The position numbers and the translations under genes are program-made. A stretch of DNA of 64,000 nt from a virus. Of the stretch, positions 40,792-47,039 are shown in pieces. The notes under the pieces were generated by a model, which made no database searches, was not told where the DNA came from, and saw nothing but the letters and a program-made list of their open reading frames with translations. The first letter of the stretch is position 1, and each line of letters starts with the position of its first letter. Location of the stretch: the IMG/VR virus record IMGVR_UViG_3300047476_000521, positions 64,001 through 128,000 of that record; one strand, written 5' to 3'.

Positions 40792-41047
40792 GAATTCCAC
40801 GGCAGACTTTGAATCTGTTTGTGGATTTGCAGAGAGCAAATAGCCGATGTGCATTCGATATGTTTCCGTAGAATGCATCCCGTCAAGGGTTGATAGGAGA
40901 GGGAAACACTGACTGCGAATAAGTGTATATCGGCCATTCCGGGTGTACATTTAGTTTAACAGGAATGGTGTAGTCTCATGTTGTCCGTCGGCATGGGATA
41001 AGATTAAATTGGGTTGGAGATAATCCCCTGATAGGGCGGACCAATTT
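40792..41047 (+). ncRNA. Candidate structured ncRNA A
   Basis: Multiple stems incl. GCCGATGTGCAT/GTGTATATCGGC, CCATTCC/GGAATGG, TCTCATGTTG/CGGCATGGGA; no ORF. Confidence 0.6.
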
Positions 41048-41048
41048 C

Positions 41049-41123
41049 GCTGGTAGGTCGGCAGGATGTCGAAACGCTCTCATAAGGCGTCTAAGGTTGG
41101 TTTGATCCCAACTACCAGCACCA
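41049..41123 (+). tRNA. tRNA-Met-like (CAT), atypical D and T loops
   Basis: GCTGGTA/TACCAGC acceptor; ACGCT-CTCATAA-GGCGT; T loop TTTGATC; CCA. Confidence 0.8.
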
Positions 41124-41286
41124 ATGTTACTGCGTCAACGGATTAGACTACGGTTCGAAACGTTGACAGTAATGTGTTGTAAAGTTAGCAAAGGTGACCG
41201 GAGAGACCGTAAAAAGGTCTCGTATGGGATCCAGGTTCCGGTTGCAAAGTCCGGTCATTATGCTAATCCGTTGACGCAGTAACATT
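41123..41286 (+). ncRNA. Candidate structured ncRNA B bounded by perfect 24-bp inverted repeat
   Basis: AATGTTACTGCGTCAACGGATTAG (41123-41146) / CTAATCCGTTGACGCAGTAACATT (41263-41286). Confidence 0.65.
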
Positions 41287-41288
41287 AT

Positions 41289-41364
41289 GGACCGATAGCT
41301 CAGTTGGTAGAGCAGCCGACTCTTAATCGGCTTGTCGTGGGTTCGATCCCCTCTCGGTCTACCA
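41289..41364 (+). tRNA. tRNA-Lys(CTT)
   Basis: GCCGA-CTCTTAA-TCGGC; CCA. Confidence 0.93.
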
Positions 41365-41366
41365 TA

Positions 41367-41450
41367 TTGATACACAACAACGGGACGCCGACCTCAAGGA
41401 AGCGGGTATGGAGATAGCTACCAGATACGTGGAGAGGCGTTGTGTATCAA
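41367..41450 (+). ncRNA. Candidate structured ncRNA C
   Basis: 12-bp perfect terminal stem TTGATACACAAC/GTTGTGTATCAA around GC-rich core. Confidence 0.55.
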
Positions 41451-41459
41451 GTTTTATAT

Positions 41460-41535
41460 GGACCCATAGCTCAATAGGTAGAGTACTGGACTTTTAATCC
41501 ATGTGATCTCAGTTCAAATCTGAGTGGGTCTACCA
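41460..41535 (+). tRNA. tRNA-Lys(TTT)
   Basis: TGGA-CTTTTAA-TCCA; CCA. Confidence 0.92.
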
Positions 41536-41586
41536 AAATTTATAAATTTATAAATAAGCAAAAGGCGTCAGTTTATGAGGTATTAG

Positions 41587-41979
41587 ATGCATTGCTTAAA
41601 TTGTGGTAAAGAAATAAAAGTTGGAAAATATTGCAATAATAAATGTCAAGGCGAACTCAGAACCAAAAAACTATTACAAGAATGGTTTGATGGAAACGAT
41701 GAAGGTTATAAAGCAGGATTGAGGATTAAATCGCATATAAGAAACTATATGTTAGAGAAATCTAATTATAGTTGTTCAGAATGTGGTTGGGATAAAATCA
41801 ATCCAATTACAGGTAAAACGCCATTAGAAATCGATCATATAGATGGTGATTGTAAAAATTGTAAAGAAGATAACCTTAAAGTTCTTTGTCCAAACTGTCA
41901 TTCATTGACGCCTACTTGGAAAGCTTTGAATAAAGGCAAAGGAAACAAAGAAAGACATAAGTACTCTAAACTAATATAG
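41587..41979 (+). CDS. HNH homing endonuclease
   Basis: CSECG..LEIDHIDGD..N..NLKVLCPNCH; late promoter TATAAATA at 41549-41556. Confidence 0.9.
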   Translation: MHCLNCGKEIKVGKYCNNKCQGELRTKKLLQEWFDGNDEGYKAGLRIKSHIRNYMLEKSNYSCSECGWDKINPITGKTPLEIDHIDGDCKNCKEDNLKVLCPNCHSLTPTWKALNKGKGNKERHKYSKLI

Positions 41980-41988
41980 GTGAGTGTC

Positions 41989-42189
41989 ATGAAGCGCAAG
42001 TATACATTTATGGAAATGGTTGATCTTTCGTATTCTGAACATTATCGTGAGTATCTTCGCCATCTTTGGTGGCCTCATGGATATCGTCATAATAAAGAAG
42101 TTCAAGAAAAGATTCTAAACAACTTGGTTAGGGATCTTTTTGGATTTGATGAATACCTTGATCAGTATTTCTTGAGTCTTGCAGTATAA
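41989..42189 (+). CDS. Hypothetical protein
   Basis: SD AGGTGA before ATG 41989. Confidence 0.55.
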   Translation: MKRKYTFMEMVDLSYSEHYREYLRHLWWPHGYRHNKEVQEKILNNLVRDLFGFDEYLDQYFLSLAV

Positions 42190-42200
42190 ATAAAGTTTTT

Positions 42201-42276
42201 GGGGGATTAGCTCAGTTGGGAGAGCGTCTGATTTGCATTCAGAAGGCCATCGGTTCGATCCCGGTATCCTCCACCA
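42201..42276 (+). tRNA. tRNA-Ala(TGC)
   Basis: TCTGA-TTTGCAT-TCAGA; G3:U70; CCA; TATAAATA at 42185-42192. Confidence 0.93.
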
Positions 42277-42278
42277 AG

Positions 42279-42414
42279 TTTCGGGTGCATACGTAGCCAC
42301 ATACCTGTCAGCACGTAGCGACAGGAGCGCATTTGTGGTGCAAGTATATACGGCTAGCCACGGCGCTGCACAAATGTGGAGAAGAGACGAATGTGTGTCC
42401 TCGTCTGCCCGAAA
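42279..42414 (+). ncRNA. Candidate structured ncRNA D (multibranch)
   Basis: Closing TTTCGGGT/GCCCGAAA; CCTGTC/GACAGG; CGCATTTGTG/CACAAATGTG; AGACGA/TCGTCT. Confidence 0.6.
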
Positions 42415-42423
42415 ATTAACATT

Positions 42424-42499
42424 GGGGATGTAGCTCAATTGGGAGAGCGCAGCACTGTCACTGCTGAGGTAGCGAGATCGAAACTCGTCATTCCCGCCA
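42424..42499 (+). tRNA. tRNA-Asp(GTC)
   Basis: CAGCA-CTGTCAC-TGCTG; G73; CCA. Confidence 0.93.
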
Positions 42500-42508
42500 T
42501 TTTTGAAT

Positions 42509-42592
42509 ATGGGCGTCTATGGGGGTTCGACTCCCCAGCGGGCTTGCGACATAGATGAAAAAACAATGTTAGTTGCAACTGGCATTGCCCAT
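42509..42592 (+). ncRNA. Candidate structured ncRNA E with T-loop hairpin
   Basis: ATGGGC/GCCCAT closure; GGGG-TTCGACT-CCCC; CAATGTTAGT/ACTGGCATTG. Confidence 0.55.
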
Positions 42593-42599
42593 TTATTTT

Positions 42600-42703
42600 A
42601 TGGTCTATAGAAAGATACATTCAGACATTTCCAATGCCGCTACTAAGAGAGTTGGAAACTGTTAGTAGGTCAGCATTCTGAGTGTATCTTTCTATGGTCC
42701 CAT
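42600..42703 (+). ncRNA. Candidate structured ncRNA F, long stem plus possible pseudoknot
   Basis: 20-bp stem TATAGAAAGATACATTCAGA/TCTGAGTGTATCTTTCTATG; inner TTTCCAA/TTGGAAA crossing CTACTAA/TTAGTAG. Confidence 0.6.
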
Positions 42704-42704
42704 A

Positions 42705-43274
42705 TCAGACTCGTTCCCAACCGTATTTTTTATACGCAGGAACTTGATTTCTTTTTATTGTTTTAAATTTACCATTTTTAGTTATTTGAACTTGACTATA
42801 AGTAGGATTTGGGTTTTTGGTTCTTGTTTTAGCTGCAGCTAAACCGCCTTTTCTTCCTCTTTCTACTCTTTCTTCTTTGGAAATTTTGTTAAATGTTTGT
42901 CTGTCTCTATATTTTTTACATTGCCATAACAGTTTCATCGAATCAGATATAGATTTTCTTCTTCTATCCTCTGATACAGAGTCTTTTAAACATACTCTTG
43001 GTGATGATATTGCCTGGTTATAGAATTTAGGGTTAGAAACTGCTTTAACTCTTTGAAGAAACTTTGTTTCGTGGTTACGAGCTTCTTCGTATGTATTAAA
43101 TTTTCTTCTAATTTTAAATAAAAAGTTTTCAACACCTTCAGACTCAATAAGTCTTTGGATTATTTTTGATGAAGAAAAGTATTGAACGCCAATATCATTT
43201 ATAGAAGATTTTCTGACACCGTAATAAATAATACCAGTAGTGATATGGACTATAGTGTAAGTGTACGCTTTCAT
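42705..43274 (-). CDS. GIY-YIG (Seg-like) homing endonuclease, antisense to tRNA array
   Basis: AYTYTIVH..IYYGVR..YFSSSK..E..FYN; minus-strand TATAAATA at 43303-43310. Confidence 0.85.
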   Translation of the reverse strand: MKAYTYTIVHITTGIIYYGVRKSSINDIGVQYFSSSKIIQRLIESEGVENFLFKIRRKFNTYEEARNHETKFLQRVKAVSNPKFYNQAISSPRVCLKDSVSEDRRRKSISDSMKLLWQCKKYRDRQTFNKISKEERVERGRKGGLAAAKTRTKNPNPTYSQVQITKNGKFKTIKRNQVPAYKKYGWERV

Positions 43275-43324
43275 ATTTTGCCTCGTTTGTATCTGCTGCT
43301 ATTATTTATAAGTTTTATGATCTT

Positions 43325-43416
43325 GGGCGTGACGCTGGGTAGCGGGGAGGCTCTTATAAAGCCTTTAGCATCAGATGGGTGTTCTTCAGTGGGTTCGAGT
43401 CCCACCATGCCTACCA
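43325..43416 (+). tRNA. tRNA-Ile(TAT) with long variable arm and short D loop
   Basis: GGGCGTG/CATGCCT acceptor; AGGCT-CTTATAA-AGCCT; about 24-nt V region; GTGGG-TTCGAGT-CCCAC; A73 CCA. Confidence 0.8.
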
Positions 43417-43421
43417 ATTAT

Positions 43422-43512
43422 GGAGAGTTGGCCGAGTGGTCGAAGGCGGCTCACTGCTAACGAGTTGAACCCTAACACGGTTCCGAGAGTTCGAATCTCT
43501 CACTCTCCGCCA
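43422..43512 (+). tRNA. tRNA-Ser(GCT)
   Basis: CTGCTAA loop; long V arm; G73; CCA. Confidence 0.92.
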
Positions 43513-43513
43513 C

Positions 43514-43541
43514 TTGACTTTTTGACAGAAAACGGTATAAT
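43514..43541 (+). promoter_or_regulatory. Sigma70-like promoter inside tRNA array
   Basis: TTGACT-16-TATAAT; further copies at 43893-43920, 45457-45485, 45885-45912, 47448-47476. Confidence 0.7.
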
Positions 43542-43557
43542 GGTAATATGAGTTTAT

Positions 43558-43632
43558 GGCTCCTTCGTCTATCGGTTAGGACACAAGACTTTCAATCTTG
43601 GAAGAGGGGTTCGATTCCCCTAGGAGCTACCA
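43558..43632 (+). tRNA. tRNA-Glu(TTC)
   Basis: CAAGA-CTTTCAA-TCTTG; CCA. Confidence 0.92.
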
Positions 43633-43633
43633 A

Positions 43634-43858
43634 ATGAAATATCTACACGAAAAATATCCCTTTACTTTTGGTGTGATATTTTTTATAATATATTTCGCAT
43701 TGGACTTTATTGATGCTAGATTTTTCATACCAAGAAAGATCGCTGAAGCAAGACAATGTGAGTTAGATGATAAGTGTAGAACTTGGATAAATATACACAC
43801 GGAGGATGGCGTGCATGGTGCACACACAGTCTTGAAAACTGCGCCACCGAAAGGTTGA
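43634..43858 (+). CDS. Possible small membrane protein reading into tRNA-Ser(TGA)
   Basis: ATG 1 nt after tRNA-Glu CCA; hydrophobic FTFGVIFFIIYFAL; no SD; overlaps tRNA. Confidence 0.4.
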   Translation: MKYLHEKYPFTFGVIFFIIYFALDFIDARFFIPRKIAEARQCELDDKCRTWINIHTEDGVHGAHTVLKTAPPKG

Positions 43859-43884
43859 TGGTTCGATTCCTTCATCCTCCGCCA
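43801..43884 (+). tRNA. tRNA-Ser(TGA)
   Basis: CAGT-CTTGAAA-ACTG; V arm; G73; CCA. Confidence 0.9.
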
Positions 43885-43929
43885 CTTTTTTATTGACATC
43901 TTGACTAAATAAAGTATACTAGAGTTTAT

Positions 43930-44005
43930 TGCGGGTGGGAGGTATTAGTATCTTGTCGGTTTCATACGCCGATAGAAGTGGGGGCAGTTCCCACACCCGC
44001 TTCCA
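43930..44005 (+). tRNA. tRNA-(f)Met-like (CAT), atypical
   Basis: 1:72 mismatch; TCGGT-TTCATAC-GCCGA; T loop GGCAGTT; CCA. Confidence 0.75.
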
Positions 44006-44009
44006 GTAT

Positions 44010-44182
44010 AGATACATATTCCTCAAACTGGATCCGCTATGCCGAAAGGTGCGAGGACAATGTGTGTCTTATGTGCCGTGCTTGGCCCGTCACGGGATAT
44101 AAATCTACGGGGTGCATGTCGATAGATGCGAGCAGTCCATTGCTTGTATTGTGCTATCTGACCGCTAACGGGCCTCCAGTTT
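44010..44182 (+). ncRNA. Candidate structured ncRNA G
   Basis: AGATACATATT/AATGTGTGTCT; AAACTGGA/TCCAGTTT; GGCCCGT/ACGGGCC; GATGCGAGCAGT/ATTGCTTGTATT. Confidence 0.55.
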
Positions 44183-44184
44183 AT

Positions 44185-44258
44185 ATCGGTGAAGTGTTAC
44201 GGTAGCACATCTGTCTCCAAAACAGAGGGCGAGGGTTCGACTCCTTCCGCCGGTGCCA
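44185..44258 (+). tRNA. tRNA-Trp(CCA)
   Basis: TCTGT-CTCCAAA-ACAGA; CCA. Confidence 0.92.
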
Positions 44259-44265
44259 GTTTTAT

Positions 44266-44342
44266 CGGGGTGTAGCTCAGTCTGGTAGAGTGCTTGCTTT
44301 GGGAGCAAGATGTCGTAGGTTCGAATCCTGCTACCCCGACCA
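44266..44342 (+). tRNA. tRNA-Pro(TGG)
   Basis: CTTGC-TTTGGGA-GCAAG; CCA. Confidence 0.95.
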
Positions 44343-44344
44343 TT

Positions 44345-44525
44345 TGATGTTGAATTGTTTCAATGGAAAGGTCTGTTGAAACACAGTTGGAGTCGAGATT
44401 TCAACCGCCAGGGCAGGCGTTCCAACAGCCCGACTGTTATGTGCCTTCCAGAGACCGTCTGCGTAGCGGGCGGAACCTTGCACACTAGGTTTTCTGTTTC
44501 CTGGGGAAGAAAAACAGACAGAATT
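44345..44525 (+). ncRNA. Candidate structured ncRNA H
   Basis: ACAGTTGG/CCGACTGT, CCGTCTGC/GCGGGCGG, AACCT/AGGTT, TCTGTTT/AAACAGA; GC-rich non-coding spacer. Confidence 0.5.
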
Positions 44526-44527
44526 AT

Positions 44528-44603
44528 GGACGATTAGCTCAGTTGGGAGAGCAACGCTTTTACACAGCGAAGGTCGGCAGTTCGAACCTGTCATCGTCTA
44601 CCA
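44528..44603 (+). tRNA. tRNA-Val(TAC)
   Basis: CGCT-TTTACAC-AGCG; CCA. Confidence 0.93.
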
Positions 44604-44712
44604 ATTCCAGTGAATCGCTGTGGACGCACAGAGGGGTTGCTGGCAGGGATACGCAGTAGTAGTATAAATGACCAGGGGGTAAACCTGCTACTAAACGATC
44701 CCGTAAGTTTAT

Positions 44713-44789
44713 GCCTCTGTAGTCCAACTGGAAGAGATGCCTGACTTAGAATCAGGAGGTTGTAAGTTCGAATCTTACCAGGGGCACCA
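44713..44789 (+). tRNA. tRNA-Leu(TAG), short variable loop
   Basis: CCTGA-CTTAGAA-TCAGG; 5-nt V loop; A73; CCA. Confidence 0.9.
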
Positions 44790-44799
44790 TTATAAATAT

Positions 44800-44875
44800 G
44801 CTTGTTTGGTGTAGCTGCTGCGCACGTCCGTCTGAAGAACGGAAGGATCTAGTTGAATTCTAGGAACAAGCACCA
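44800..44875 (+). tRNA. tRNA-Phe(GAA), atypical D/T loops
   Basis: TCCGT-CTGAAGA-ACGGA; T loop TTGAATT; D loop lacks GG; CCA. Confidence 0.82.
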
Positions 44876-44897
44876 TCCTACGAAAAGGAAATATATC

Positions 44898-45110
44898 ATG
44901 AACAACGAAAAAACGTTGTTTAGATTGAGAGCGGGTATTGTAGGAAAAGATAAGACTGTATCGGTATACTGCGATATGCCTGTGAAACCGAGAGACAACT
45001 GGATCAATCTTGATCCCGGCGTTTATACATATGAGAGTTTGTTGTGTGAACGCATGTTGATTATTGTAAAGAATAAGAGTTTCCACGCTTCTTCTATGCC
45101 TAATGGGTAG
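44898..45110 (+). CDS. Hypothetical protein inside tRNA array
   Basis: SD AAGGA before ATG 44898; 70 aa. Confidence 0.6.
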   Translation: MNNEKTLFRLRAGIVGKDKTVSVYCDMPVKPRDNWINLDPGVYTYESLLCERMLIIVKNKSFHASSMPNG

Positions 45111-45133
45111 ATAGCGCACCAGGAAACTTACTT

Positions 45134-45210
45134 GCCCTCGTAGCCCAACCGGCAGAGGCAGTTGACTCAAAATCAACCAAGTGTCAGTTCGAATCTGACC
45201 GAGGGCACCA
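45134..45210 (+). tRNA. tRNA-Leu(CAA), short variable loop
   Basis: GTTGA-CTCAAAA-TCAAC; 5-nt V loop; CCA. Confidence 0.9.
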
Positions 45211-45211
45211 T

Positions 45212-45288
45212 GTCTCTGTAGCTCAACTGAATAGAGCATCGGTCTTCGAAACCGAGGGTTGTGGGTTTGAATCCTACCAGGGACTCCA
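45212..45288 (+). tRNA. tRNA-Arg(TCG)
   Basis: TCGGT-CTTCGAA-ACCGA; T loop TTTGAAT; CCA. Confidence 0.88.
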
Positions 45289-45294
45289 GTTTAT

Positions 45295-45372
45295 GTTGCG
45301 GTGTGTCCGGAACGGTTACGGCAAGGTCTGCAAAACCTCTTCATGTGGGTTCGAATCCCATCCGCAACTCCA
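45295..45372 (+). tRNA. tRNA-Cys(GCA)
   Basis: AGGT-CTGCAAA-ACCT; U73; CCA. Confidence 0.88.
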
Positions 45373-45376
45373 ATTT

Positions 45377-45450
45377 GCTGGGGTAGTGTAGTGGTAGCAC
45401 CTGAGGTTGTGGACCTCAGAGTCCAGGATCGATACCTGGTCCCAGTACCA
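45377..45450 (+). tRNA. tRNA-His(GTG), no G-1, A73
   Basis: TGAGG-TTGTGGA-CCTCA; base before G1 is T; discriminator A. Confidence 0.9.
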
Positions 45451-45505
45451 AATTGGTTGACTTTTATGTCAATCTAGGGTAATATATGTGAACAGTAAGA
45501 ATTAA

Positions 45506-45581
45506 TGTCCCTTAGCTCAGTTGGTAGAGCGCAGTCCTGATAAGACTGAGGTCGCTGGGTCGGAGCCAGCAGGGACAACCA
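45506..45581 (+). tRNA. tRNA-Ile(GAT)
   Basis: CAGTC-CTGATAA-GACTG; T loop GTCGGAG; CCA. Confidence 0.9.
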
Positions 45582-45584
45582 GTT

Positions 45585-45700
45585 ATCCCGTTTTCTAGAT
45601 ACACGGGAGAGACCTAACGAGAATAACAGCAGGGAAAGCTCGTGAATATCGGATTGTTGACTGCTTTAGCTAAAGGGCTAAACCGATAAGGTGTATGGAA
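45585..45700 (+). ncRNA. Candidate structured ncRNA I
   Basis: TCCCGT/ACGGGA, ACGAG/CTCGT, TATCGG/CCGATA, TTTAGCT/GGCTAAA, ATACAC/GTGTAT. Confidence 0.5.
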
Positions 45701-45703
45701 TAT

Positions 45704-45795
45704 GCGTGGACGGCAACGACGGTGGTGTTGCGACGGACTGTAAATCCGTTCCCTTTGTGGTAACATTGGTGGTTCGAATCCATCTCCACGCACCA
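45704..45795 (+). tRNA. tRNA-Tyr(GTA)
   Basis: ACGGA-CTGTAAA-TCCGT; long V region; CCA. Confidence 0.9.
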
Positions 45796-45801
45796 GTTTA
45801 T

Positions 45802-45875
45802 TCGGGGATAGTTTAATGGTAGAACGTCAGACTTTGAATCTGATTGTCGGGGTTCGAGTCCCTGTCCCCGATCCA
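45802..45875 (+). tRNA. tRNA-Gln(TTG)
   Basis: TCAGA-CTTTGAA-TCTGA; U1:A72; CCA. Confidence 0.93.
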
Positions 45876-45921
45876 AAAAAGAACTTGACTTTGTGACTAA
45901 ATAAGTTACAATATGTTATAT

Positions 45922-45997
45922 TCCCGTGTAACTCAGTTGGTAGAGTAGGTGACTGTTAATCACTTTGTCGGAGGTTCGAGTCCTTCCTCGGGAGCCA
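45922..45997 (+). tRNA. tRNA-Asn(GTT)
   Basis: GGTGA-CTGTTAA-TCACT; G73; CCA. Confidence 0.93.
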
Positions 45998-46065
45998 GTT
46001 TAGGTTGGTCGCTATAAATAGACTCGTGAGGGCCCACGGTTAGTCCTCTCTTTTGGAGAGAGAAA

Positions 46066-46353
46066 ATGAAAAAGATTATCTTATCGTTATCATTGTTTCT
46101 TGGTTTGAGTATGCAACCAGCAAACGCCCAGTATTGGGGAGGTTATGGCTACGGTTATGGTTATAATGCTGCTGCTGGTTTAGCTATTGGTGCTCTGGCT
46201 GGAGCAGCTATCGCTAGTGCTGCCAATCCATATTGGAATTATGGTAGACCAGGATATGGGTATTATCCTCCGTATGGTGGTTATTATGCTGTCCCTGTTG
46301 CTCCTCCTGCGTATTATTATCGCCCAGGACGTGCATACTACTACGGTTACTGA
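46066..46353 (+). CDS. Secreted Gly/Tyr/Pro-rich protein (BA14K-like architecture)
   Basis: Signal peptide ending ANA; AAAGLAIGALAGAAIAS segment; TATAAATA at 46013-46020. Confidence 0.7.
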   Translation: MKKIILSLSLFLGLSMQPANAQYWGGYGYGYGYNAAAGLAIGALAGAAIASAANPYWNYGRPGYGYYPPYGGYYAVPVAPPAYYYRPGRAYYYGY

Positions 46354-46354
46354 T

Positions 46355-46765
46355 ATGAAAAACATTGTTATTGCTCTCATGTTGGTATCAACTCCAGCTG
46401 CAGCCAGTAATTATAACATTGATGTTTGTAATAACTGTAATATCAATGTTCAAAAGAAAGTTATTAAAAAGGTTGTAAAGACTGTTCCTGTTGCAATTGA
46501 GTATGTTCCTGCTGGTCCTGGACCAATCAGTTCTACCATTGCAGTTCCAGTAGCAGTTCCTGTTCAACCTGTACCGTTGGTTCCTGTATATAACTCTGTA
46601 CCAACACCAGAAGCATCGAATATCTATTCGCCTCCAGGATATCCTACTAACGTTCCTGTGGCAACTTCTGGTAACTGTGCCATGTATATTGATCCTTATG
46701 ATTTATTTGGTCAACTTTTTGGTGGAGCAGATTTAGTTCAGAGTTGTTTAGTTCCAGCGTATTAA
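46355..46765 (+). CDS. Secreted Pro/Val-rich hypothetical protein
   Basis: MKNIVIALMLVSTPAAA signal peptide; ATG right after upstream stop. Confidence 0.65.
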   Translation: MKNIVIALMLVSTPAAASNYNIDVCNNCNINVQKKVIKKVVKTVPVAIEYVPAGPGPISSTIAVPVAVPVQPVPLVPVYNSVPTPEASNIYSPPGYPTNVPVATSGNCAMYIDPYDLFGQLFGGADLVQSCLVPAY

Positions 46766-46766
46766 T

Positions 46767-46842
46767 GCCGGTATAGCTCAGACGGTAGAGCAACTCACTT
46801 GTAATGAGAAGGTCGTGGGTTCGACTCCTGCTGCCGGCACCA
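46767..46842 (+). tRNA. tRNA-Thr(TGT)
   Basis: CTCA-CTTGTAA-TGAG; CCA. Confidence 0.94.
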
Positions 46843-46843
46843 T

Positions 46844-46918
46844 TGGGGATTAGTTTAACTGGCAGAACGTCTGACTCTGACTCAGGTAGTTGAGGTTCGA
46901 ATCCTTGATCCCCATCCA
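46844..46918 (+). tRNA. tRNA-Gln(CTG)
   Basis: TCTGA-CTCTGAC-TCAGG; CCA. Confidence 0.92.
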
Positions 46919-46926
46919 AAAGTTAA

Positions 46927-47000
46927 GCGGTAGAAGTGTTACGGTAGCACGATAGGCTTCCACCCTGTAAGCGTGGGTTCGACTCCCACTTACCGCTCCA
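46927..47000 (+). tRNA. tRNA-Gly(TCC)
   Basis: ATAGG-CTTCCAC-CCTGT; U73; CCA. Confidence 0.92.
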
Positions 47001-47039
47001 GTTTTGATTTAATTCATCATGATAAAACGGAGATAGATA

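Noticed and set aside
41185-41266. Twister-sister ribozyme call from the GGTTGCAAAGTCC hairpin
   Set aside because: Only partial resemblance; cannot confirm junction nucleotides by eye
41123-41286. Retron msr-msd suggested by the long terminal inverted repeat
   Set aside because: No reverse transcriptase in the window and no recognisable msd hairpin; kept only as unknown ncRNA
40716-47000. CRISPR array or stop-codon reassignment
   Set aside because: No regularly spaced direct repeats; no CTA/TTA/TCA anticodon; core genes read through intact in the standard code
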